From contig OY969426.1 of assembly GCA_963699245.1 (NCBI GenBank), positions 469,118 through 533,117 on the forward strand: DNA of 64,000 nt, given 5' to 3'. The stretch's first letter is position 1; each line of letters begins with the position of its first letter. The position numbers and the translations under genes were made by a program. The notes below the pieces were generated by a model that made no database searches, had not been told where the DNA came from, and saw only the letters and a list, made by a program, of their open reading frames with translations. The stretch is from Thermoanaerobaculia bacterium (GTDB taxonomy: Bacteria; Acidobacteriota; Thermoanaerobaculia; Multivoradales; JAGPDF01). Positions 28,837 to 38,838 of this stretch are shown here, one piece after another.

Positions 28837-31095
28837 GTGCGCTCTCCTCCCGCTCCCGCGGCGCTCCCGGTTCTCGCCTTCCTGGTCGCCATCGGCGTCG
28901 GACATTCCGGCCTGGCGACGACGCCCGCTCTCGCCGTCGCGCTGCTCGCCGCGGCAGTGGCGCTCGGCGGTCGTTGCGGCCATCTCGTCGCCGCGATGGC
29001 GGTCGGCTTCTCCCTGGCACCCGGCGCAGCGCTTCCCGACCTGCCGGAAGAGCCGGGAAGGGTGACGGTCGGAGCGGGAGAGATCTGCGGCGACTGGAGC
29101 TCGGGAGCGTTTCCGGGTGTTGCGTCGGCGCCCTTCTGCCCGCTCTGGCTTCGCCAGGGCCAGCGGCTCGCGACGAGTCCGGCGAGCGGCCGGCTGGAGC
29201 TCGCCGTTTCGCTCCCGCTGCCGCCGCCGGGCAGCGTCGTCGAGGTCGCGGGGGCGCTGTCGCGCTTTCCCGGCTTCGCCAACGAGATTCCGGTCGCGCC
29301 CGGCCGCTGGCGCCTGCGCGTCAAGGCGGCGGCGCATCTGCGCGTCCTGGCCTCCGCGCCGCCATGGGCACGCTGGCGAGCCGCCTGGCGCGCGTCTCTC
29401 GATCGGGCTATCTCGCGCGCCGCGCCGCCTCGCAGCCCGGGCCTGGCTCTGGCCCGCGGCCTCGTCCTCGGCGACGTTTCGGCGATGGATCCCGACATCG
29501 TGCGCGCGTTGCGCCGCACCGGGCTCGCCCATCTCATGGCCGTTTCCGGCTTCAACGTGGCGGTCCTGCTGTCGGTGGCCGGAGCGCTCGCCGGCCGGCG
29601 CCGGAGGCACCTGCGGGCGGCGCTGCTCGTGGCCACGATCGGCGGCTATCTCGCGATCGTCGGCGGCGCTCCGTCCATCGAGCGCGCCTCGATCATGGCG
29701 CTCGCCGGCGTCGCGGTGTTCGTCCTGCGCCGGCCGGGTTCGGCGCTGCAGGCGCTCGCACTCGCCGCCGGCGCGCTGGTCGCCGCGCATCCCGGAGCGA
29801 TCGCCGACACCGGATTCCAGCTCTCCTTCGGCGCCACCGCCGCTCTCGTCCTCGTCGCCTCGCGATGGGCGGAGACGCTGCGTCCCCTGCCGAGGCCGCT
29901 CGCGGCGGCGATCGCGACCTCGGTCGCCGCGCAGGCCGGCACGCTTCCGGCGAGCGTCGGCGCCTTCGGCGGATTGGCGCCGCTCGCGCCCCTGCTGAAT
30001 CTCGTCGCCGTGCCCTGGTCGGCGCTTTGGATGCTGGTCGCCCTCTTGTGGACCCTTCTCGCCCTTCTCGCGCCTTCCGCGGCTCGCTTCCTCGTGCCAC
30101 TTCTCGACCTGGGTGCGCTTCCGTTCGGAGCGCTCGAGAGGCTGCCCCCCTCGCCCTGGATCGCCGCCTGGGTCTCCGGTGGCTGGTTCGGCGGCGCGGC
30201 GCTGGCGCTCGCCGCCGCGCTCTTCTTCGAGTGTCGGCAGCCGCGACTCCGCCGGCTCTGGCTCCTCGCTCCTCTGGTCATCGCCGGCCAGCGGGCGCCG
30301 GAGCGCGACGGAGCGATGGTTCTCCTCGCCGATGTCGGACAGGGGGATGCCGCGCTGGTGCTCGGCCGCCGAACCAGCGTTCTCATCGACGGCGGCGGAC
30401 TGCTCGGGCGGGATCTCGCCGCACAGGTGCTCTGGCCGCTGGTGACCTCGCGCGCCGACGCGCATCTCGACCTCGTGGTGCTGAGCCACGCCGACAGCGA
30501 TCACTGCGGCGGCCTGGCGGCGCTCGCGGCCTATGTTCGCTTCGACGAGCTCTGGTTGCCGCCGCTCGCCGGGCCGTCGGCGTGCGTCGACGCGCTGGTC
30601 GCGCGAGTGCGAGCGCCCATCCGGCGGCCGCGAGCGGGGGAGCGCTTCGCGCGCGGCGACCTCACCATCGAGATCCTGCACCCTGGTGCGGGCGAGCGTC
30701 CGGCCGACGACAACGCCGCCTCGCTCGTCCTCCGCCTGGAGGCCGACGGCAGAAGCGTGCTTTTCACCGGCGACATCGGCGGCGAAGCCGAGAGTCGGCT
30801 CGCCCGGCGAGCCGGTGGGCACTTGCGCAGCGACCTGCTCAAGGTTCCGCACCATGGCTCGGCCACCTCGAGCAGCGCCGAGCTGCTGGCGGCGGTCCGC
30901 CCGCGCTGGGCCGCCGTCTCGGCCGGCGCGCGCAACCCCTTCGGTCATCCTTCGCCGGCTGTGCTCGAGCGGCTGGCGAACGCCGGCGCGCGGATCGCGC
31001 GCAGCGACCTGCAGGGCGAGCTCGCCTTCGCGTGGCGTCGGGGTGAACCGCTTCGCATCCTGCTGCCCGCGCAGCCGCGCGCCGCGCCGCCCTGA
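28837..31095 (+). CDS. comEC: DNA uptake competence protein ComEC/Rec2
   Basis: GLAHLMAVSGFNV, GFQLSF, DVGQGDA, metallo-beta-lactamase SHADSDHCGG, FTGDI, LKVPHHGS, NPFGHP. Confidence 0.93.
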   Translation: MRSPPAPAALPVLAFLVAIGVGHSGLATTPALAVALLAAAVALGGRCGHLVAAMAVGFSLAPGAALPDLPEEPGRVTVGAGEICGDWSSGAFPGVASAPFCPLWLRQGQRLATSPASGRLELAVSLPLPPPGSVVEVAGALSRFPGFANEIPVAPGRWRLRVKAAAHLRVLASAPPWARWRAAWRASLDRAISRAAPPRSPGLALARGLVLGDVSAMDPDIVRALRRTGLAHLMAVSGFNVAVLLSVAGALAGRRRRHLRAALLVATIGGYLAIVGGAPSIERASIMALAGVAVFVLRRPGSALQALALAAGALVAAHPGAIADTGFQLSFGATAALVLVASRWAETLRPLPRPLAAAIATSVAAQAGTLPASVGAFGGLAPLAPLLNLVAVPWSALWMLVALLWTLLALLAPSAARFLVPLLDLGALPFGALERLPPSPWIAAWVSGGWFGGAALALAAALFFECRQPRLRRLWLLAPLVIAGQRAPERDGAMVLLADVGQGDAALVLGRRTSVLIDGGGLLGRDLAAQVLWPLVTSRADAHLDLVVLSHADSDHCGGLAALAAYVRFDELWLPPLAGPSACVDALVARVRAPIRRPRAGERFARGDLTIEILHPGAGERPADDNAASLVLRLEADGRSVLFTGDIGGEAESRLARRAGGHLRSDLLKVPHHGSATSSSAELLAAVRPRWAAVSAGARNPFGHPSPAVLERLANAGARIARSDLQGELAFAWRRGEPLRILLPAQPRAAPP

Positions 31096-31111
31096 AGCTA
31101 GACTGCGGGCA

Positions 31112-32027
31112 ATGCCCGCCGTCGTCGCGTTGCTCGGCCCCACCGCCAGCGGCAAGAGCGCCGTCGCGCTCGCCGCGGCGGAGGCGGTCGACGCGGAAAT
31201 CGTCAGCGCCGACGCCCTGCAGGTCTATCGCGGCCTCGACGTCGGTACCGCGAAGCCGACGCTCGAGGAACGCCGCCGTGTCCCGCACCACCTGATCGAC
31301 ATCCTCGATCCCGGCGAGCTCTTCTCGGCGGGAGAGTTCGCGCGCCGCGCGCGCGAAGCCCTGGCCGGCATCGCGGCCCGCGGCCGGCCCGCCATCGTGG
31401 TCGGCGGCAGCGGCCTCTACCTGCGCGCGCTGCTCGCGGGCCTCTCCGAGATTCCGCCGACGTCCGATGTCCGTTCGCGAATCGCTCGCGCGCCGACTGC
31501 GCGAGGATGGCCTCGCCAGTCTGCGCCGCGAGCTCGTGCTCGCCGATCCCCCGACCGCGCGCCGCCTCGAGCCCGGCGACTCGCAACGCACGTTGCGCGC
31601 TCTCGCCGTGCTCGAGTCGACCGGCCGCCCGCTCAGCGCCTGGCTCGCGATGTCGAAGACGGGCGGAGGAGGCCTTCGCGCGGCCAGGATCGGATTGACG
31701 CTTCCGCGAGCGGTTCTGTACGATCGCATCGAGGCGCGCATAGTCGACATGATCGATCGTGGCTGGATCGAGGAAGTTCGCCGGCTTCTCGACACTGGAG
31801 TGTCGAGAGAAGCACCGGCTCTGCAGGCCATCGGCTATCGCGACTGGATCCGTCACCTCGACGGCGAGCTCTCGCGTGAAGAGACCGTCGTCCGGATCGT
31901 GCAGGCCACGCGACGCTTCGCCAAGCGCCAGGAGACCTGGTTCCGGCGCGAGGAGCAAGTCGAGTGGTGCGACGCGCGGCGACCCGATCGCGCCGTCGAG
32001 GTCATCCGCGAGCGGCTCGCGGGCTGA
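31112..32027 (+). CDS. miaA: tRNA dimethylallyltransferase (one frameshift near 31465)
   Basis: LLGPTASGKS, IVSADALQVYRGLDVGTAKP, PHHLID, VGGSGLY, QAIGY, TRRFAKRQETWF. Confidence 0.95.
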
Positions 32028-32040
32028 GCCGGGGAGAGGC

Positions 32041-32256
32041 ATGAACAGCAAGCCCACGATCAACATTCAGGACGGATTTCTCTTTCAGAGCCTCAAGGAC
32101 GGCAAGGCGGTCGCCGTCGAGCTCACCACGGGCAAGCGGCTCGAAGGGCGTATCCGGCGCTTCGATCGCTTCGCCGTGGTGGTCGAAGTCGCCGCCCGCG
32201 AGGTGCTGGTCTACAAGCACGCGATCGCGACCATCGCCGCCGCCGGCGAGCCCTGA
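32041..32256 (+). CDS. hfq: RNA chaperone Hfq (divergent)
   Basis: NIQDGFL...G.RLEGRIRRFDRF...LVYKHAIATI directly after miaA; ggagag RBS. Confidence 0.9.
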   Translation: MNSKPTINIQDGFLFQSLKDGKAVAVELTTGKRLEGRIRRFDRFAVVVEVAAREVLVYKHAIATIAAAGEP

Positions 32257-32266
32257 CCGGGATCGC

Positions 32267-33583
32267 ATGGCGGGACGATCACGCGCGAGCCGGCCGGCGC
32301 TCCTCGGATCGCTCCTCTTCGCCCTCGTCTCCTGCACCACGGCCCCGGCGTCGAAGCCCGCCCGCGGCGTCGCCGCCGAGCTCCTTCCCTTCCTGACCGA
32401 TCCGACGCCCTTCGGCCTCGGCAGCGCCAGCCCGGAGGCCCTCGACCTTTACCGCCGGCTGCTCGGCGGCGAGGATCCGGTCGCGCTCTCGGCCCGCGCG
32501 CGCGAGATCGCCGCGCGTCCCGGCGCCGCGCCGGGCGCTCGCGTGCTGCTCGCCGAGGCGGAGCTGGTCGCCGGGCGAAGCGGCGAGGCCCGCGACGCCA
32601 TCGCCGCGCTGCCGCTGGCGGTTCGCGAAGCGACGCCCGTTCGACTCCTCGAGGCCCGCGCGGCCGAGGGCGCCGGCGACTGGATCGGAGCCGCCGAGGG
32701 TTACCGGGGAGCAGCGGGAGAGAGCGCGACGGCCCGCTCCCGGCTCGCTGCCGTCGACGGGCGCGCCACCGCGGCGCTCCGCGAGCGGATCGAGTCCGCG
32801 ATCGCCGAACGGCGCTTCGACGAGGCCCTCGTCGACGCAGATCGGCTCGCCCTCTGGCATCCGGGCAGCGAAGCGGCGCTGGAGGCGACGTGGCGCGCCG
32901 CTCGTGGCGCCGGCAACGTCACGCGCGAGCTCAGCGCGGTGCGCGCGCTCGCCGCCGCGCATCCCGATCGCGTCGACCTGACCCGACGGCGCGGTGTTCT
33001 CGAGGTGGAGGCGGGAGATGCGGCGCTCGGCGTCGGCCTCTTGCAGGGCCTGGCGGATCGCGCTCCCGGCGACGCCGGAATCGCGGCCGAACTCCAGCGT
33101 GCCAAGTTCCTCTTCCGGCTCTCCAACGCACCGGAAGAGGTTCGCCATGCCGCTCGATCCCCGCAGCTCACCCGCGCCGAGTTCGCCCGCCTGCTCTACT
33201 GGCTGGTGCCCGAGGTGCGAACGGCGCGCGGCGGTGTCGCCCGCATAGCCACCGACATCCTCGACGATCCGGCGCGCGACGAGATCGTGCGGGTCGCCAA
33301 CCTCGGCCTGCTCGAGGTCGACGAGACGCTCCATCTCTTCGAGCCCGGGCGCGCGCTGCGCCGGACCGAAGCGTTCCGTGCCCTGGGGCGAATCGCCGGG
33401 GAGCGCCCGGCCGGCTCCTGCGCGAGCGCCGCGCGGCAGGCCGAGCTGTCGCCCTGCGCCCTGGCGGTAGAGTGCGGCTGGATCCCGGAGCCGGCGGCGT
33501 GCCTCCCGCTCGGCCCGGTGACCGGCGCCGAGGCCACCGAGTGGATCCGGGAGGCCGCGGAACCGGCGGAGGTGAAGTCGTGA
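32267..33583 (+). CDS. Putative lipoprotein with TPR-like helical repeats and C-terminal SLH-like motifs
   Basis: Lipobox-like LFALVSC; Ala-rich helical repeats; LTRAEFARLL...ATDILDDPARDEIVRVANLGLL...FEPGRALRRTEA. Confidence 0.7.
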   Translation: MAGRSRASRPALLGSLLFALVSCTTAPASKPARGVAAELLPFLTDPTPFGLGSASPEALDLYRRLLGGEDPVALSARAREIAARPGAAPGARVLLAEAELVAGRSGEARDAIAALPLAVREATPVRLLEARAAEGAGDWIGAAEGYRGAAGESATARSRLAAVDGRATAALRERIESAIAERRFDEALVDADRLALWHPGSEAALEATWRAARGAGNVTRELSAVRALAAAHPDRVDLTRRRGVLEVEAGDAALGVGLLQGLADRAPGDAGIAAELQRAKFLFRLSNAPEEVRHAARSPQLTRAEFARLLYWLVPEVRTARGGVARIATDILDDPARDEIVRVANLGLLEVDETLHLFEPGRALRRTEAFRALGRIAGERPAGSCASAARQAELSPCALAVECGWIPEPAACLPLGPVTGAEATEWIREAAEPAEVKS

Positions 33584-34125
33584 CGGTGCCCAACCTGCTC
33601 TCGGTCCTGCGCATGGCGCTGGTGCCGCTCTTCGTCGTCGCGATCCTCGGCGGCCGCCCGGATCGGGCGCTCTGGATCTTCGCCATCGCCGGCATCACCG
33701 ACGCGCTCGACGGTTTCATCGCCCGGGTCTGGAAGCAGCAGTCGGCGCTCGGCGCCTATCTCGACCCCGCCGCCGACAAGCTGCTGCTCGTGGCCTCCTA
33801 CGTCCTGCTGGCGATTCCGAACCTGCAGAAGGGGATCACGATCCCGGCCTGGGTGAGCGCCCTGGTGATCACCCGCGACGTCGTCATCGTGATCGTCGCG
33901 CTGCTGCTCTACCTCGCCGCGGACGTCAAGCGATTCCCGCCCAGCTCGATCAGCCGCGTCAACACCGTCGTGCAGGTCGCCACCGTCATTCTCGTCCTGC
34001 TCTCCGGCGTGATGCCGGCGAGCCGTCTGCCGGCGACCGTGGCGGTCTACCTGGTCGCCGCGACCACCCTCGCCTCCGGCGTGCATTACATCCACCTGGC
34101 GAACCGCATGGCGGAGAAGAAGTGA
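33580..34125 (+). CDS. CDP-alcohol phosphatidyltransferase family protein (PgsA-like)
   Basis: VPNLLSVLR, AGITDALDGFIAR..QQSALGAYLDPAADKLL. Confidence 0.92.
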   Translation: MTVPNLLSVLRMALVPLFVVAILGGRPDRALWIFAIAGITDALDGFIARVWKQQSALGAYLDPAADKLLLVASYVLLAIPNLQKGITIPAWVSALVITRDVVIVIVALLLYLAADVKRFPPSSISRVNTVVQVATVILVLLSGVMPASRLPATVAVYLVAATTLASGVHYIHLANRMAEKK

Positions 34126-34169
34126 GGCTCCCGCCGCTCCGGTAGGATGGGGACGACGGGGGATTCGGC

Positions 34170-37100
34170 TTGTCGTTCGTACACCTGCACCTGCACAGCC
34201 AGTACAGCCTGCTCGACGGCGCCAACCGCCTCGACGACGTGCTCGCCGCCGCCAAGGCGGCCGGGATGCCGGCGCTGGCGCTGACCGATCACGGCAACCT
34301 CTTCGGCGCCATCGAGTTCCACGACCGGGCGCGCAAAGCCGGAATCCGCCCGGTGCTCGGCATCGAGGCCTACGTCGCGCAGGGCAGCCACACCGACCGC
34401 GATCCCCAGCGCAAGTCGAGCAATCACCTGGTGCTGCTGGCGCGCAACGCCACCGGCTGGCAGAACCTGATCCGGCTGACCAGCCGCTCCTACCTCGACG
34501 GCTTCTACTACAAGCCGCGCATCGATCACGAGCTCCTCCGCCAGCACTCCGAGGGACTGATCGGTCTCTCGGCCTGCCTCAAGGGAGAGATCAACGAGAA
34601 GATCGTCGGCCGGCGCGAGAGCGAGGCGGAGGAGACCGCCCGCACCTACCGCGAGATCCTCGGCGAGGGAAACTTCTACCTCGAGCTGCAGGACCATGGC
34701 ATTCCCGACCAGCGCGCCGCCAACGAGGTCCTGCGCCGCATGTCGCGCAAGCTCGAGATTCCGCTCGTCGCCACCAACGACTGTCACTACCTGCGCAAAG
34801 ACGACGCCGCGGCCCACGACGTACTGCTCTGCATCGGCACGCAGGCGTTGATGGACGACCCCGACCGCCTCCGCTACGCCTCCGATGAGTTCTACCTGAA
34901 GACCGCCGAGGAGATGCACGCTTTGTTCCCCGACGACGCGCGCGCCGTCGAGGCGACCCTCGAGATCGCCGAGCGATGCGACGTCGAGATCCCGGAGGGA
35001 AAGTTCCACCTGCCGGAGTTCCCGGTGCCGGAGGGGGAGACACTCGGCTCGTACTTCGAACGGATCGCCTGGGACGGCCTCGACCGGCGCCTCGCCGAGC
35101 TGCGCCGCCGCGCGCCGCACGTCTTCGATCGCCACTCCGAGGACGTCTACCGCGAGCGCCAGCGCTACGAGATCGGCGTCATCCGGCGCATGGGCTTCGA
35201 GGGCTACTTCCTGATCGTCTGGGACTTCATCCGCCATGCGCGCGAGAGCGGCATTCCGGTCGGGCCGGGGCGCGGCTCGGCGGCCGGCTCGCTGGTCTCC
35301 TACGCGTTGCGCATCACCGACATCGACCCGCTCCAGTACGACCTGCTCTTCGAGCGCTTCCTGAATCCCGAACGGGTCACCATGCCCGACATCGACACCG
35401 ACATCTGCCAGCGCCGGCGGGGCGAGGTGCTGCAGTACGTCAGCGAGAAGTACGGGCGCGATCGTGTCTCCCAGATCATCACTTTCGGAACTCTGGCCGC
35501 GAAGGGCGTGCTGCGCGACGTCGGCCGCGTCATGGGACTGCCCTACGCCTCGGTCGATCGCGTCGCCAAACTGCTGCCCGAGGCGGAGAAGTCGCTCGGC
35601 GAGGCGGCGAAGTCGGTCGACAGCCTGCAGGCCGAGATGCAGCGCGATCCGCAGGTGCGGCGCGCCGTCGAGATCGGCAGCCGGCTCGAGGGACTGACCC
35701 GCCATGCCTCCGTGCACGCAGCCGGCGTCGTCATCACCCCCGGCCGCACCGACGACATCGTGCCGCTCTACAAGACGGCCAAGGACGAAATCACCACCCA
35801 GTGGGACATGAAGGGGGTCGAGCGGCTCGGGCTGCTCAAGATGGACTTCCTCGGCCTCAAGACGGTGACGGTGGTCGACGACACCCTGCGCATGCTCCGG
35901 CACCTCGGCGTCGAGCTCGACCTCGACAGCGTGCCGCTCGACGACCCGGAGACCTTCCGCATCTTCGCCGAGGGCCGCACGGCTGGCATCTTCCAGTTCG
36001 AATCGAGCGGCATGCGCGACATGCTGCGCCGCGCCCAGCCGACTCGCTTCGAGGAGCTGTCGGCCTTCAACGCGCTCTATCGCCCCGGCGCCCTCTCGGT
36101 CGGCATGGTCGACGAGTACATCGCCCGCAAGCTCGGCCGCAAGAAGGTGGTCTACATCCTGCCGGAGACAGAGCCGATCCTTTCCGAGACCTACGGCGTC
36201 GTCGCCTACCAGGAGCAGGTCATGCAGCTCGCCGTGGCGATCGCCGGCTTCTCGATGGCCGAAGCCGACGTGCTGCGCAAGGCGATGGGCAAGAAGAACG
36301 CCGAGGCGATGGCGAAGCAGAAGGAGAAGTTCCTCTCCGGCGCCGCCGGCCGCGGCTTCGCTCGCAAGAAGGCCGAAGAGCTCTGGAACTTCATCGAGCC
36401 CTTCGCCGGCTACGGCTTCAACAAGAGCCACTCGGTCGCCTACGCGATGCTCGCCTACAAGACGGCGTACCTGAAGGCGCACTATCCGGCGGCCTTCATG
36501 GCGGCGATGCTGAGCTCGGAGATCTCTTCGACCGACGACCTGGTCAAGTACGTCGCCGAGTGCCGCGACATGAAGATCCCGGTCCTGCCGCCGGACGTCA
36601 ACGTCAGCGAGTGGGCCTTCGCCGTCGAAGGCGAGGCGATCCGCTTCGGCCTCGGCGGCGTCAAGGGGCTCGGCGAGGGCGCCGCCGAGGCCATTCTCGC
36701 GGCGCGGCGACGGGCCGGCCGCTTCGCGGGTCTCGCCCACCTCGTGCTGGAGGTCGACTCCAAGGCCATCAACCTCAAGGTGCTCGAGTCGCTCGTCAAG
36801 TCGGGCTCGTGCGACGGCCTCGGCCCGACGCGTGCGGCGCTGGCCGAGTCGATCGGCCGTACTGTCGACTGGGCGCAGCGGCGCCGGCGCGCCGCCGAGG
36901 CGGGGCAGGGGAGTCTCTTTGCCGGCTCCTCGGCGACCGAGAGCGCGCCCGCCGACGACCGCTCCATTCCCGAGTGGCCGGCCGCCGATCGCCTGCGCTT
37001 CGAGAAGGAAGCGCTCGGCTTCTTTCTCAGCGGCCACCCGCTCGCGGCCTTCGAGGACGCCCTGGCGCGCCTCGCCAGCCACGACACGCAGGTCCTGCGC

Positions 37101-37625
37101 GACGGCTACACCGGCGACGCGACGGTCGGCGGGATCGTCACCCGCGTCAAACGCATGAAGATCAAGTCCGGGCCGAATGCCGGCAAGGTGATGGCCCGCT
37201 TCGTTCTCGAGGATCTGCGCGGCGGCGTCAACGTGGCGGTTTTCGCCGACGCCCTCAAGCGCTTCGACGCCCAGCTCGTCGAAGATGCCGCCGTGGTGGT
37301 CGGCGGTACGGTGCGCGAGCGCGGCGGCGAGGTCGAGCTGACGCTGGAGCGCCTCACGCCGCTCGACAAGGCCTCGACGCGCCTCATCAGCGAGTTGCGA
37401 ATCGTGCTTCCGGAGCAGACCAGCAAGGGTGCCCTTCTGCGGCTGCGCGACCTGCTGGCCGAGCACCCCGGCGACGCCGCCATCGTCTTCACGATGGCGA
37501 CCGAGCGCGGCGCGCCGATCGAGATCGTCCCGTCGCGACGCTTCCGCGTCGACTTCTCTCCCGAGCTCGAGGAGCAGATCGAGCGCATCGTCGGCGCCGG
37601 CTCCGTCGCGCGCGTCGGTCTCTGA
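34170..37625 (+). CDS. dnaE: DNA polymerase III subunit alpha
   Basis: FVHLHLHSQYSLLDG PHP domain, GPGRGSAAGSLV, LFERFLNPERVTMPDIDTD, HAAGVVI, GLLKMDFLGL, YGFNKSHS. Confidence 0.98.
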   Translation: MSFVHLHLHSQYSLLDGANRLDDVLAAAKAAGMPALALTDHGNLFGAIEFHDRARKAGIRPVLGIEAYVAQGSHTDRDPQRKSSNHLVLLARNATGWQNLIRLTSRSYLDGFYYKPRIDHELLRQHSEGLIGLSACLKGEINEKIVGRRESEAEETARTYREILGEGNFYLELQDHGIPDQRAANEVLRRMSRKLEIPLVATNDCHYLRKDDAAAHDVLLCIGTQALMDDPDRLRYASDEFYLKTAEEMHALFPDDARAVEATLEIAERCDVEIPEGKFHLPEFPVPEGETLGSYFERIAWDGLDRRLAELRRRAPHVFDRHSEDVYRERQRYEIGVIRRMGFEGYFLIVWDFIRHARESGIPVGPGRGSAAGSLVSYALRITDIDPLQYDLLFERFLNPERVTMPDIDTDICQRRRGEVLQYVSEKYGRDRVSQIITFGTLAAKGVLRDVGRVMGLPYASVDRVAKLLPEAEKSLGEAAKSVDSLQAEMQRDPQVRRAVEIGSRLEGLTRHASVHAAGVVITPGRTDDIVPLYKTAKDEITTQWDMKGVERLGLLKMDFLGLKTVTVVDDTLRMLRHLGVELDLDSVPLDDPETFRIFAEGRTAGIFQFESSGMRDMLRRAQPTRFEELSAFNALYRPGALSVGMVDEYIARKLGRKKVVYILPETEPILSETYGVVAYQEQVMQLAVAIAGFSMAEADVLRKAMGKKNAEAMAKQKEKFLSGAAGRGFARKKAEELWNFIEPFAGYGFNKSHSVAYAMLAYKTAYLKAHYPAAFMAAMLSSEISSTDDLVKYVAECRDMKIPVLPPDVNVSEWAFAVEGEAIRFGLGGVKGLGEGAAEAILAARRRAGRFAGLAHLVLEVDSKAINLKVLESLVKSGSCDGLGPTRAALAESIGRTVDWAQRRRRAAEAGQGSLFAGSSATESAPADDRSIPEWPAADRLRFEKEALGFFLSGHPLAAFEDALARLASHDTQVLRDGYTGDATVGGIVTRVKRMKIKSGPNAGKVMARFVLEDLRGGVNVAVFADALKRFDAQLVEDAAVVVGGTVRERGGEVELTLERLTPLDKASTRLISELRIVLPEQTSKGALLRLRDLLAEHPGDAAIVFTMATERGAPIEIVPSRRFRVDFSPELEEQIERIVGAGSVARVGL

Positions 37626-37635
37626 AGAGACTCCC

Positions 37636-38277
37636 GTGGCGAGCGTCGCAGCGCCCCTCGTCTTCGCCCTCCTTCTGCAGGCGGCGCCGCCGGTCGACCC
37701 CCGCAGCGTCGAGGTGATCCGCGAGCGTTGCTCGGGGGGGCTCGCGACACGAGATGTCACCCTGTTCCTCAACGGCACGATCCGCCTGCGCGAAGGGCCA
37801 CCCGGCCAGGAGAAGCTCCTCCTCCGCGAGCTCGGTCCGTCCGACGTCGACCGTCTGATCGCCGACCTCGCCGCCATCGACTTCGACGAAACCGAATCGA
37901 ACCAGGACGCTCCGCAAGGAGCGTGGACGGAGCTTTGCCGGCTCGACCTGACTCTCCCCGGGCGACCGCCGGTCCAACTCGGGTACGGCCGTCTGGACAC
38001 CGGCACGCTGGCCCTCGACCGCGTGCGTCGCATCGTCGAAACGCTGGCCGGCGAAGCCCGGCTCGGTCCCGGCGGCAGCGGCTTTCCCGCCGGCTATCAG
38101 CCGGCGATCGGCGACGTGGTCGAGCGCGACGACGGGCTGGTCTTCGCGATCGTCGGCTTCACCTCGGACGAGAAGGGCGTCGAGCTCTCCGGCACCGAGT
38201 TCCCGCTCACGCTCTACGTGGCGCGTGACGACGTCGGGAGGACTTTCCGGCGCCTGGTGCGTCGCGCCGCACCGTGA
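37636..38277 (+). CDS. Hypothetical exported protein
   Basis: GTG 37636 in frame with ORF 37429-38277; hydrophobic N-terminus VAAPLVFALLLQA; stop overlaps the rsmD start. Confidence 0.65.
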   Translation: MASVAAPLVFALLLQAAPPVDPRSVEVIRERCSGGLATRDVTLFLNGTIRLREGPPGQEKLLLRELGPSDVDRLIADLAAIDFDETESNQDAPQGAWTELCRLDLTLPGRPPVQLGYGRLDTGTLALDRVRRIVETLAGEARLGPGGSGFPAGYQPAIGDVVERDDGLVFAIVGFTSDEKGVELSGTEFPLTLYVARDDVGRTFRRLVRRAAP

Positions 38278-38834
38278 AGAGCGCCCTGCGAATCCTCGGC
38301 GGCGCGCTGCGCGGCCGCTCGCTCGAAGTCGCGGCGGGGGTGCGGCCGAGCGGCGCTCGCCTCCGCGAGGCGCTCTTCTCGATCTGGATGCCCCGGATCG
38401 CCGGGGCGCGTATCCTCGATCTCTACGCGGGCAGCGGGGCGGTAGGCCTCGAGGCGCTCAGCCGGGGCGCAGCGAGCGCGCTCTTCGTCGAGCCCGAGCG
38501 CGGCGTCCGCGCGGCGCTCGAACGCAACCTGCGCCTGGCAGCCGCCGGTACCGCGCGCATCCTGCCGCGGCGCGACCGCGACGCGCTCGACCTCCTGGTG
38601 CGCGAAGGAGCCCGCTTCGAGCTCCTCTTCGTCGATCCCCCCTACGCCGATCCGGTCGGCGCGGACCTCTTCGAGGTCCTGGCGCAGGTCGCGGCGCCTG
38701 GTGCGAGTCTGGTGGTCGAGCACCGCCGCGGCCAGAAGCCGGAGCCGCCGGGAAACGGCTGGAGGGTCGAAGGGGAGCGCCTCTACGGCGACAGCGCGCT
38801 GCGTTTCTACGAGGCTGCTGGAGCCCCCGGCTGA
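38274..38834 (+). CDS. rsmD: 16S rRNA (guanine(966)-N2)-methyltransferase
   Basis: LRILGGALRGR, VRPS..RLREALF, LDLYAGSGAVGLEALSRGA, FVDPPY. Confidence 0.93.
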   Translation: MKSALRILGGALRGRSLEVAAGVRPSGARLREALFSIWMPRIAGARILDLYAGSGAVGLEALSRGAASALFVEPERGVRAALERNLRLAAAGTARILPRRDRDALDLLVREGARFELLFVDPPYADPVGADLFEVLAQVAAPGASLVVEHRRGQKPEPPGNGWRVEGERLYGDSALRFYEAAGAPG

Positions 38835-38838
38835 TCGA

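Noticed and set aside
31690-31850. Slightly AT-richer patch in the miaA 3' region as a foreign insert
   Set aside because: Weak and short; internal hfq promoters within miaA are a known, simpler explanation.
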